Notes: a model not told the origin generated them from the sequence alone. Counted from the first letter of the stretch, positions 1-10,725 are shown. The stretch: DNA of 59,637 bases from Octopus bimaculoides (GCF_001194135.2 NC_068997.1:8180526-8240162), one strand, 5' to 3'. Translations and numbers: made by a program.

Positions 1-80
1 ATATATATATAAAGTGTAGTATATATATATATAGAGATAGATAGATAAATAGATAGATAGATGGTATATATATGATATAT
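1..80. repeat. (TA)n/(TAGA)n microsatellite
   Basis: Direct reading of TA and GATA runs. Confidence 0.9.
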
Positions 81-89
81 ATGGGATGG

Positions 90-282
90 TCATATTGCCA
101 GTTTAGCCAATAAAAACACACGCACTGTATATTTGGTGTTAATTTGCTTCAGCTTTATATTACATTAATCTTAATCTTATTTCGGCCAGAGTTCTTTCGT
201 CACACTTCTATGACCTCATCAGTGGTCCTTTGTTTCCTTCCTTCTTATGTGTGTCTCACCTTGCTAACTATCAGCCATTTTG
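90..282 (-). mobile_element. Penelope-type terminal-repeat (pLTR-like) fragment carrying a hammerhead motif
   Basis: About 190 bp non-microsatellite island between TA/GA microsatellites, containing CTGATGA-stem-GAAA on the - strand. The PLE assignment is inferred from the known association of minimal hammerheads with PLE termini. Confidence 0.5.
184..228 (-). ncRNA. Minimal type I hammerhead ribozyme motif
   Basis: - strand reads GGACCA CTGATGA G GTCA tagaagtg TGAC GAAA GAAC T C TGGCC. Core C3-A9 at 222-216, G12-A15.1 at 198-195, NUH = CUC. Stem II GTCA/TGAC; stem I GGACCA/TGGCC with one mismatch; stem III 2 bp. Confidence 0.7.
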
Positions 283-340
<58 letters not shown>

Positions 341-380
341 GAGAGAGATAGTATATAGATATATATATTTTATATATATA
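282..380. repeat. (TA)n(GA)n compound microsatellite
   Basis: Direct reading. Confidence 0.9.
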
Positions 381-993
381 GATAGTAACTATATGACAAA
401 CTCCTTCACTCAAATCACTTTTATTTTGCTTTAACAATTTGGTTCATGAAAATCCTTCAGAATATCATCAAGAAGAATAGTATCAAAAAAATATTTAAGT
501 CTAGTAGCCTTTTTCAGTGAACCAGTTGCTTTAATACAAAAATGGAATCATTTTTACAACAAATAAATTGTAAATAATATCAATTTTTGTCAGATGATCT
601 TCATTCACCATTGTAGTTACATTCTACTTAGTGGCTTTGTATCTCTACCTTGGACTCTAAACTTTTTCTATACCAGCTAAAACCTTTGCCTTTTAACAAA
701 GTATTATGCTTGATAGAAAATCTTTTATCTTTAAAACAATTGTCATTATTCTTATGTATATAAAAAATAATGGCTGCATTACCAAAAAGCAGCCTTGAAG
801 TGAACTGAAATTCTAAAGCAGGTTATCCCATTGAACCTGAAGAACAGAACTTTCTTCATTTTGTACTGCATTGTTTTAGATGAAACACTGTTTATTTTGG
901 TTGACATAGTATCATATCTGATGAAAATAGATCCAGTTAAGGAAAAGAATAAAGTTGTGTAGATTGTATAACCACAGCTGCAATCCAACTCAC

Positions 994-1070
994 CATGATT
1001 GTGTTCACAAAGAAGAAATCACTTCAGTCATACGATTTTTATGCAAACATAAACAAGAGTGACTTTTATT
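994..1070 (-). other. Possible exon of a divergent (minus-strand) transcript
   Basis: - strand: ctttcaacAG|aataaaag...acacaatcATG|GTGAGT. The donor is consensus and the exon ends in ATG. All three frames have stops across the exon, so it is non-coding or a start-codon exon if real. Confidence 0.25.
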
Positions 1071-1080
1071 CTGTTGAAAG

Positions 1081-1242
1081 GCACAGGTAAAGCTGTGTGG
1101 TAAGTAGTTTATTTCCTAACTACATGGTTCCAGGTTCAGTTCCAATGCCTGGCTCCTTGGGAAAGTGTCTTCTACTATAGCCTTGGGCTGACCAAAGCCT
1201 TGTGAGTGGATTTGGTAAGTGGAAACTGAAAGAAGCCTGTCG

Positions 1243-1316
<74 letters not shown>

Positions 1317-1550
1317 CATGCATAGGCACAAGAGTGGCTGTGTGATAAGAAGCTTGCTTGCCAACCACATGGTTCCAGGTTCAGTTCCAATCCACGGCAC
1401 CTTGAGAAAGTGTCTTCTACTATAGCCTTGGGCTGACCAAGGCCTTGTGAGTGGATTTGGTTGATGGAAACTGAAAGAAGCCCACCATATATATGTGTGT
1501 GTGTGTTTGTTCGTCCCCAACAACAACTTGACAATCAGTGTTGGTCGTAT
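1081..1550 (+). mobile_element. Head-to-tail pair of tRNA-derived SINE copies (family A) separated by (TA)n(GA)n
   Basis: Two copies of gctgtgtggtaag...catggttccaggttcagt...cttggg(a)aagtgtcttctactatagccttgggctgaccaaagccttgtgagtggatttgg...ggaaactgaaagaagcc at about 1081-1243 and 1325-1550. The same body recurs at 59267. Confidence 0.85.
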
Positions 1551-1812
1551 TGCATCACTACTTGATATCCTGTTTCTTATTTGCTTTTTATTCCCCTTAC
1601 TTCAAACTGTGTGGATACTACTGGACTGACTCGGTGCTTCAACTTAAGTACCTAATTCAACTGAATCTCAATTATTTCTTACATACATATATATTTATAG
1701 ATATATATTTTTGTATAATTATATATTAATATAACAATACATAAAAACAGGCTAGAGTTGAAGTGCTCAGCATGAGCTAGAATTCATATTATAGTAAGAA
1801 TGGATACATAAG

Positions 1813-2133
1813 GGTGGAAGACCACAGGAACAATACCGTATATCCAACGCAAGAATTAATATGTGTGTGTGTGTTCAATTCCTTCAAGAATCAATAAATA
1901 AAATTATAGTTTTCAGTCTCTAAAGTGTGCAAAAAGTACGGTAAAATAAAGTAAACGGGTATATATATATCGTTGTATATACCTGCTTACTTTATTTTAC
2001 CGTACTTTTTACACACTTTAGAGACTAAAAACTATAATTTTATTTATTGATTCTTGAAGGAATTGAACACACACACACACACATATATTAAATCTTGAGT
2101 TGGATATACGGTTTTGTTCCTGTGGTCTTCACC
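1813..2133. repeat. Long near-perfect inverted repeat (arms about 150 bp, loop about 10 nt)
   Basis: Arm 1813-1965 is the reverse complement of 1976-2133 with few mismatches. Confidence 0.9.
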
Positions 2134-2285
2134 AGGGGGTTTCTTTCAGTTTCTGTCTCACTCCACTCACAAAGCTTTAGTCGGCCCAAGGAATTGAAGA
2201 CACCTGTCCAATGTGCCACACAGTGGGACTGAACCTGGAACCATGTGGCTGGCAAGCAAACTTCTTATCACACACCCACGACTGT
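2134..2285 (-). mobile_element. SINE family A copy
   Basis: Reverse complement of the family A body (ttctttcagtttc...ccactcacaaagcttt...gggactgaacctggaaccatgtgg). Confidence 0.8.
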
Positions 2286-2537
2286 GCCGATAAAAAATAT
2301 TTTTAGGAATCAATTTATATTTCTGCAAAGTATAGTAGATGTAAATAAAATTATAAGACGAAACTTGGAGCTATGTAACAACAGTAACTTTAATCCCAAC
2401 CAAGAAACCCAAAGCGTCAGACAGTATCAAGGTTTAAAGCTCCTAACATGTTTTTACTGCTCTTCAAAATTATACACAAATTAACGAAATGAAAGGATTA
2501 AAGCTACACAAGGATTAAAATATAGCAAAAAGTTAAA

Positions 2538-2711
2538 TATTTTTTATGCTAGTGCCAAGTGTTTCTTACTGGGCTTTGCATAACTAGGCCGTGGTCGAAG
2601 ACGCTTGCACAGTTGAATCGAACTTGAATCATGTCGTCTTAAGTAAATACCACGGGATAATTAGCTTGATAAGTTTGCATTAAAGAAACATTTAGCACTA
2701 GCATAAAATAT
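2538..2711. mobile_element. Short element with about 29-bp terminal inverted repeats (MITE-like)
   Basis: tattttttatgctagtgccaagtgtttctt ... aagaaacatttagcactagcataaaatat are near-reverse-complements. No clear TSD. Confidence 0.45.
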
Positions 2712-3505
2712 CAAACTAAATAATCTTCTGTTATTTTTATTTTAATCTGTATGTAGCATTAATCTATTTATTTCATTGAGGTAATGTATTGAGAGATAAT
2801 AACAACAAAACGTCTGGTTAAAGCCCGAACAGTGTATACACATCTGTAACACACACACACATACATACAAGCACCACTGTATTTGCATTACATAACTACA
2901 CACACTAAATGAGGATTCTTACATCTACTCATCATAAATTTATAGGGAAGGGTATTATGATTGTTACGTCCCTGCCTTTTTCAAATGACACAACAGAAGA
3001 ATCAACAAAATACATCTTGGATTCTTAATTTTAATTACATCTCTGAAAAGAATTAAAAACAAAACACGGATGATATGAATCACTGTTTACTGCTAACAGA
3101 TGGATACAATGAACATGCTGCTAGATTGTTAGAGAGCGAGAGAGAAAGAAAGAAAGAAGAAAAAGAGGGAGTGCAATGTGTCAGCAGAATGGTTACGACT
3201 TACATAGTATTATTTCTTGCACTTCAACAACAACTACTTTACCACAACCTGTAGAGATTTGTTTATAAGGAGATGAATGTGTGTCAAACACATGTATACG
3301 CAAAACAATTGTACATGCACACACTTACATGAATGTGAAAGAACATGTTGATGTATAAATAATTAATAATTATATATTATCTATAACTAACTAATACTGA
3401 TAATGTATGTTACATTTTTCAATACACTTAATTAGACATTGTTACGTGTGATAAGATTTAACCTATATACATAGACGTTCAAAGCAAACATAACATACTC
3501 CATAC

Positions 3506-3640
3506 GTCTAATTGATTCACGCGTTGAGAAGACGCATCCAATATTCGGTTCTTCCGATCGTACGCACGGTATTTTATGTCTCCACTTCGATCTCCGTCAC
3601 AATTTGCTGACAGTGGCATTGTCGTCATCGTCATTTGTAC
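3506..3640 (-). other. Putative 135-nt exon of a gene divergent from TMPPE
   Basis: - strand tgtttcAG|GTACAAATG...TTAGAC|GTATGG. One frame is open across it (VQMTMTTMPLSANCDGDRSGDIKYRAYDRKNRILDASSQRVNQLD) and it is CpG-rich. No homologue recognised. Confidence 0.4.
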
Positions 3641-3699
3641 CTGAAACAGTTTAGGCCAGATAAAATGCAAGCAGTGAAGAATTAAATATAAGGAGTCCA

Positions 3700-3903
3700 A
3701 GAACACTAATTGACCGATCAGTTACCATTTCAACGGAAGTGCGCTCGGTCAAAGTAATTAAAGGGAAATAAGCAGCACATTGGCATAGAAATCACAGGTA
3801 TTAGGTTATCACATTAGACACAGAACCACTCTCACACACGGGTACGTGCGTACATACATATATCTATATATATATACATATATATTTATGCATTTATTTA
3901 AAA
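3700..3903. promoter_or_regulatory. Likely (bidirectional) promoter region of TMPPE
   Basis: Lies in a CpG-rich zone immediately upstream of the ATG; ETS-type motif CGGAAGTG at 3734-3741. Confidence 0.45.
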
Positions 3904-4675
3904 ATGGTGGCTTTAAGCGTGTATGTGTCCGCTTCAGCGATTGTTATTCTTGCTGTGGTCCTCGGTGAGTTGTATGTATTTACTCTGGACAAAGAGATCA
4001 GAGCACGCAATCTACGCGCCCAGTTTCTCTGTTTTCTAGAATGTGTTATTCTTACTATGTCCGTGATTATATGGAGAACGTTTGGAAGTCGCCGGTCAGT
4101 GCGACCCGATAGCAACTATGTTGGCGTTGCATCTGATGCTAAAGATGTTGGCCAACTTCAACGAAGGCGTCGAGATCAAAACATTCGCGCTAAGATTGAG
4201 AATGAAAATACCTACCTGTCGCTGGCTCTGCGAATCTTGTTGCTTTTTTACTTAGGAAGCTGTCATTTAGCATTTGCCTGCAACATCTTTTTGATGGCTG
4301 AGAACCCGCATTGGTTGTCGATGCTTACTTATGCTACTTTCGGTTCGCTTATCCAATTAGTTACAGCACTGATTATTATAGAAGCCGTCCATTACCTTTT
4401 AAAATTGTTCTCCAAAAAGAAAAAGCTATTCCTAATCAGCAGTCGTCGTTGGCGTCATCTAATTGTGGTCACTTACACTATCTTTATCTCTGGCCTCGGA
4501 CTTTACCGCGCCGCACAATTACCCACAGTCAAATCTGTCAGCATTCCTATTTCGAAACTGCCGAAATCACTTGAAGGATTCCGCATTGTTCAATTAACAG
4601 ACATCCACTTGGGGCCGACAGTTGGTAGACGTAGGTTGGAAGATGTTGTGGAAATAGTTAACAGTTTAAAACCAG
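3904..4675 (+). CDS. TMPPE: TMPPE exon 1: N-terminal TM helices plus start of the calcineurin-like phosphoesterase domain
   Basis: ATG at 3904; hydrophobic segments; AAQLPTVKSVSIPISKLPKSLEGFRIVQLTDIHLGPTVGR matches the TMPPE motif I region (DxH). Donor CCAG|GTGAG at 4675/4676, phase 1. Confidence 0.95.
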
Positions 4676-5880
4676 GTGAGCATGTTTTATTTGTTTATTT
4701 TATTGAAAGGATTGATGGTGACAGAGATGAAGGACTTGCCTCATATTTCTGTTTTTTTTTTTTTTATTAGACACGGGGTCAACTTTTTGTAAAGGTAGCA
4801 GTATTAGTTAGTCATTGAAATCTTCTCCAATGCATTACATGTTCTTATTTTATCGATGCCGGTGAATTTGAATTGAATGCAGTGGATGCTGAAAAATAAA
4901 TTGACTACATCACCTTAATTATTTCCACTTTCAACTAATATTAATCCCGTAGTGGAGGCTGGTTTCGTGTTGGATTTTATTCCTATTTAAGATTGCTGTT
5001 ATTATGGGAGGTACTTAGCGAAAGGATTGCAATCAAAAAGCAAATGCTTTCATATTTCAGTATTTAAAGAATGAAAGTAAATTGATGGGACCCGCGTTGT
5101 ACAGTAGTTCCCTTCGTTTATTTATTGATAGGATGGAAAGTGGGTGCACGGCGTTACTACAGATGCAACGGTGATTCTTTTTAAAAAAATGTATTATTGA
5201 TTTAATTTCTTTGGGAAACTCCTTTGAGTCAATAGCAATATATTAGTTTTCTAAAGTCCTACGGAATTCTTCAGTACAATCATAATAATTTTTTTAAATA
5301 CTATTTTAAGTGTTGGGTAATCTTAGAATAAAGTGAGCCGTTTCATTTTCTCTAATTTTAACTCTCCTTTCAGTTTTGCAAGGCTTAGAATTCCTTTCGA
5401 TCTCATAACTGACAGATATCGTTAAGAATTTTATATAAATAAAGATTATTCACATATAACAAGGAGAATTTTTGGTCAATGCTCATCTATTATGGAACAG
5501 CAAATCCATGCAATAAACACAGAGCACAACTAGCAGTTCTAGACAAAGTTAAGGTTAGGGAAATACCATGCAAAGCGAAAGCTACTAAATTACTAATGGA
5601 AATTCCCTTGGGGAAAATTATAACTAATTTTCGTGGAAGTGAAAGGGCGTTGTACACTTCAATTGTGCGAAGGGATTGTCGGTAATATTAATGAAAATTG
5701 GCTTTCTGTAATATGTTGTAGTTGGCTTTGTGTATTGTGTGTGTGTGTTTGGAAGTTAGATTTTTATCTACAGTGGTGTTATCATTGATTGCTTTGATTG
5801 ATATTTGCAGTCAATTGTGCGAAGGGAATAGATATTGCGAATGACGTTAGCGACGAGAGAGTGATTAATACCTCAAGGAT

Positions 5881-5915
<35 letters not shown>

Positions 5916-5916
5916 T

Positions 5917-6150
5917 AGGTCGGCGAGCTGGCAGAAGCGTTAGCACGCCGGGCGAAACGCTTAGCGGTATTTCGTCTGCTTTTACATTCTGAGTTCAAAT
6001 TCCGCCGAGGTCGACTTTGCCTTTCATCCTTTCGAGGTCTATGAATTAAGTACCAGTTACGCACTGGGGTCGATGTAATCGGCTTAATCCCTTTGTCTGT
6101 CCTTGTTTGTCCACTCTGTGTTTAGCCCCTTGTGGACAATAAAGAAATAA
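5917..6150 (+). mobile_element. tRNA-derived SINE family B (Meta/MESC-like central domain)
   Basis: ggcgagctggcagaa(g)cgttagc...ttctgagttcaaattccgccgaggtcgactttgcctttcatcctttcgaggtc...aagtaccag. Recurs many times in the window; preceded by (TCA)n. Confidence 0.8.
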
Positions 6151-6237
6151 GAATCGTTAATGATCATGAATGTAAAGATGGAATGGTCATGGCAGGAACC
6201 CTTTTAATCATATATTTGCTTGATCAGTGTTGACTTT

Positions 6238-6560
6238 CATCATCATCATCGTCATTTAAGGTCTGCTTTCCATGCTGGCATGGGTTGGACAGTTTGACTG
6301 AGGGCTGGCAAGCCAGAAGGCTGTACCAGGCTCTAACCCAATCTGGCAACGTTTCTAAAGCTGGATGCCCTTCCTAACACCAACCACTCTGAGATTGTAG
6401 TGGGTGCTTTTTACGTGCTGCCAGCACAAAGGCCGGTCAGGCGGTACTGGTATCAACCACGCTNNNNNNNNNNCTTTTTACGTGCTGCCAGCACAAAGGC
6501 CGGTCAGGCGGTACTGGTATCAACCACGCTTGAATGGTACTTTTTTACATGCCACCAGCA
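6238..6560 (-). mobile_element. 3' UTR/tail of the window's main RTE LINE family
   Basis: (CAT)n then tttccatgctggcatgggttggac...ctggatgcccttcctaac; identical in type to the 3' end of the RTE at 44777-45628. Confidence 0.85.
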
Positions 6561-6889
6561 CAAGAGCCTTTGGATTAACTAATTGCTTTTAACATAGGCA
6601 CAAGACCAGAAATTTGAAAGAAGAGTTAGTTGATTAAATCAACCCCAGAAAAATGAAAGGCAAAAAAGTGAAACAAATAAAGCAAGGCATTTTGTCCAAT
6701 GCTTGAACTATTCTGCTAATCCCTTGCCATCTTCAGACTTAATAATACCAACAACAACAATGGCTGGACTAAACACTTTGGTCATATAAATAGCATCCAG
6801 TTAACCAGAGCATTCAAACTCACTACATATAATAGTTGATCATTATAATGAAATGGGGTGGGATAAGGTTCATATGAAATATTGGTTTC

Positions 6890-7080
6890 AAATGTTGGCA
6901 CAAGGCCAGCAATTTCAAAAGAAGTGAGAAATCTTCCTCAGTGCTCCACTGTTACTTATTTTATCAACCCCCAAGAGTATGAAAGGCAAAGTTGACCCCA
7001 CTGGCATTTGAACTTGGAACATAAAGTTGAAAGAATTGCTGCTAAGCATTTTGTCCAGTATGGTAACGATTCTGCTTTAT
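6890..7080 (-). mobile_element. SINE family B, degenerate
   Basis: Reverse complement: acttattttatcaacccc...gaaaggcaaagttgacc...atttgaact. Confidence 0.65.
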
Positions 7081-7261
7081 ATTCATATAAAACATTAAAG
7101 ATGATTGTAATTTTTATGATATATCGGGGTGGCGGGGTTTTATCAGCCAGCTCCTAGGCTGGTGAGAAGAATTCATCCTCAAACCTGGTTTAAATATTTT
7201 CAACAGAATGAAATCCTCTAAAGATCAGGTGATAATGTTAAACTAAGAGATGGATTAAATC

Positions 7262-7380
7262 AGTGTGGCGTTAGGAAGGGCATCCAGCTGTAGAAACTCT
7301 GCTAAATCAGATTGGAGCCTGGTGTTGCCATCCGGTTTCACCATGCTAGCATGGAAAGCGGACATTAAACGATGATGATG
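7262..7380 (+). mobile_element. RTE 3' end fragment
   Basis: ggcgttaggaagggcatccagctgtagaaactctg...atgctagcatggaaagcggacattaaacgatgatgatg. Confidence 0.85.
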
Positions 7381-8339
7381 AACAATGATAATTAAATATT
7401 ATTAGGAATTGTATAAAAATATTGTTGAAATACTCTATGTATTGTTGAAGTATAACCAATTTAATTATACATAAATTTTAACAACTAAATCTAAGGGTCA
7501 TGTAGACACCCAGTTAAAAACCACTGGATTAAGTTGACAAGAGACTAATTAATAAGTAACAAATCAAAATTAATGAAAAACATCATTGTTGTTGATATTG
7601 TTTCATCCCAAATCCAATCATGATCCAGTATGGTGATTATCTTAGTTGTTTTTTTTTTTTTGCTTATAAGTGACTACATAACCCAATTCGGCTTATGTTA
7701 TTTTTTTTAAAAGACAATAATATCTGAATTAAATAAAATTCAGCTGCTATTTCCTGTTGTTCAAATGTTTGCTCACTTATTCATGTATTTCTTTGCTATT
7801 ATATACCAACTTCCTGAGAATTAAAAGTATATAAAAAAATACAATACCAGAATAAAACCATGCAGACTGTGTGTCTCTTGGTTTAGTTTAATCCGCTTTC
7901 CAGCGAGCAAATCATAATCCCCCTCAAGTCTCAATAGAAACGCTGATAAAACTATTAAATAATGATATAATTATGTTGTTATTCATTACTATTGATAGTA
8001 TGTGGCCTGGTTTTAGCTTTTTTGGGGTCAAAAACTTATGTGTGTACCTACATTACTATTGCCCTTGGGTTGGGGCAAAATATAAACCATGAGTATAAAC
8101 TATTATACAAGTTCTTATTTTCTTTTTTTTTTTTCTTTTCTTGTTATGAATGGTTGACATTTCCCTTGTCATCAACCATCAAAGGAGTGGATTAGCAGAA
8201 TCAGTAGAGCATCAGACACAGTGATACTTGGTTGTAACCCTCTATGATCTGAGTTCAAATATTTCCAAAATTAATTTGCCTTTCATCTTTCAAGGTTCAA
8301 TAAAATAAAGTAATAGCCGAGTACTGAAGTGAAGGTGCA

Positions 8340-8490
8340 TCGCTTAGTGGTTAGGGCATTGGACTCATGATCATAAGATTGTGGTTTCAATTCCTAGACC
8401 AGGCGATACATGAGCAAAGCACTTCACTTCTCGTTGCTCTTGTCCACTCAGCTGGCAAAATCGAGTAATCCGGTGATGAACCAGCATCAT
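8340..8490 (+). mobile_element. tRNA-derived SINE family C
   Basis: tagtggttagggcattggactcatgatcataagattgtggtttcaattcc head. Related copies at about 29360-29555(-), 32470-32600, 45835-45920, 47170-47445(-) and 47770-47970(-). Confidence 0.7.
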
Positions 8491-10117
8491 GTCCACAGAG
8501 GAATGTATATGCTAGAGAAACCAGGAAACCAACCATTTGCTGCTTATGGGGTGTTGTGGACTCACCACTGAGGTTGATTGAAATGATGATGTCTCCTATG
8601 TTGATCTTGTTTTGCCACAAGGGCAAAAAAGAGACAACGTTAATAGCATTTACAATACAGCTTGGAGAGTGGAGTAGATTTTTATGCGATCCGATGAGGA
8701 AGCCTGTATGCTGTCATTCAACATGCTAGAAACAGTTATCAATTCTTTGTAAATCACACTCTATTTTCAAAACAGGACAGATCCATTGAATGATGTCGTT
8801 TTGAGTACACTGTGTCTAAATAAATGATGGGATGTTCACAATAGGTGGAACACTTTTGATCATATTTCTGTTTGAATCAACCCCGATACTTGTCTGGTAC
8901 TTATTTTATTAACCTCTAATGTAATAAAATGAATATCTGTTAATTTCTTTGATGAATGAACTGTCCAATCAATGAATATGTGACTGAGTATTTCATACTC
9001 GGTTGTAATTCATTTACTTAAACCCTTCAACAACTTACAGAACATAGGACATTGTTGACTTTTTTCCACAGTTCTTGGCTCTGGTTATCTTCTCCCCTGT
9101 CGGTTGTTGGTTTTCAGTTGTCTTTGATGTATCTACGTGTGTCTGGCCAGGCTGCTTATATGCATTCCCATAACTTTCTCTCACCATCCAATTCTATTCA
9201 TTTGAATTGAGAGCTTGAGTCACTTGCTAATTACACAACCATGCATTGCAGTTACTTTCTCACTAGAGCTTGGTGATCTTGGCCATTGGTCTTCTAGGAT
9301 CCCTCCACTTAGCATCAATGTACGAAGCATCATTGGCTCAGTTGAATTCTTCCACTGCCTTTTCACACTCTGCCATGCTCCTGTCCCATAGCTTTGCTGT
9401 GTCCCTAGCAGGGTAACTGAACAGGTGTTATGCCAAAGGGCAGCCTGTAGCTATGCAAGGCACTACAAAGAGCTTGCACTCCACTGGCATAGCTTTTCAG
9501 GCTAATTAAGGTGCACAGGCCACCACACAGCCAAAAGAACTTAATCATGTGGTGGATCTTATTCTATGGGTACATATCTGTACTCGTTACATAATTCTCA
9601 AGCAGAATCAACATGGCACAATGTATGATCCTTATGTAGTCCAGGTATAATCCATCCAGCAGGATTCCACACAGTCTTCATTAACCGAATTTCATTCAAA
9701 AGATAATGAGCGTCTTTTACCTTACTGAGGTTATGATAAAACACACCTGCTTGAGATTCCATGCGGTGAGATTGAAACTGGAACCTTATCATCATGAAGT
9801 GATCATTCAGCCATAGAGTGGGATGAAAAATACATCAACTTCTGTAGGATATGAATTTATTTTCCCTGTTAAAGGAAGTGGGGTAGTGCTCATAAAATTT
9901 TCAGTGCCACCCATACTGGTAAGATTGATCTTCAGCTTAATCAACTATTAGAAAATATATAGGTGGGGAAGACATTTGAAAGAGGCATTATTTTGATGAA
10001 GAAGAAGAAGAAGGATTAGCAAATATTTAGAGCAATGTCTGGGAGGTAAGTCAAATACAGTAAATTTTTAGTATAATACATAATATTTATTCAGAATTGA
10101 AATATTGTTACCAACTC

Positions 10118-10319
10118 AAGGTGGCGAGCTGGCAGAAACGTTAGCACTGGGCGAAATGCTAAGCAGTATTTCATCTGTCTTTACGTTCTGAGGTCGACTT
10201 TACCTGTCATCTTTTCAGGAGTCCATAAATTAAGTACCAGTTGCATACTGAGGTCGATCTAATTGACTAGCTCCCTCCCCAAAAATTTCGGGCCTTGTGA
10301 CTAGAGTAGAAAAGAATAA
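10118..10319 (+). mobile_element. SINE family B with 12-bp target-site duplication
   Basis: Flanked by TGTTACCAACTC at 10106-10117 and 10320-10331. Confidence 0.9.
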
Positions 10320-10599
10320 TGTTACCAACTCCGGTAATCCAATAAATAATTGCTTCCAATTTCATGACCTTGACTCCAGAGTACTGCTTAGAAGAGATTA
10401 CTTACAACGTTTTTAAGTGGGCCAAGTATTCAGCGAAAAAGTTCAGTTGAGCACTGACCAATGTAGTAGCAGTAGAAAAGTTATTGAGATGATATTGCTC
10501 AACAATAGACCAGTGTTGTGATGTGTTGGTGAGGAAAGGTTTGCTTAGGAGACAGATGACATTTGAATATAGAATAATATATATATATGCTAGTATTTA

Positions 10600-10725
10600 T
10601 ATATATATATATATATAGGAGAATGTACGAAAAAACAACAACAGACGAGGACAGGTGGTGTAAATAACAAAAGGATGTATTAGTATGATGCTCGGGAATA
10701 CGGAAAGTCTTTGACATTTCGGTGG
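10600..10725 (-). mobile_element. Truncated PLE-type terminal fragment next to (TA)n
   Basis: - strand ccgaaatgtcaaagactttcc...tacattctcc(TA)n. CCGAAA(C/T)GTC looks like the 3' half of a minimal hammerhead. The same terminus recurs at about 51575-51625. Confidence 0.4.

Noticed and set aside
4676-4770. C-terminal tail of the 288-aa ORF (GEHVLFVYF...)
   Set aside because: Read-through into intron 1 past the CAG|GTGAG donor; TMPPE homology continues at 13117.
5660-5827. 16-bp direct repeat CAATTGTGCGAAGGGA at 5660 and 5812
   Set aside because: Only two copies, with no element features between them; could be a TSD or local duplication but cannot be supported further.
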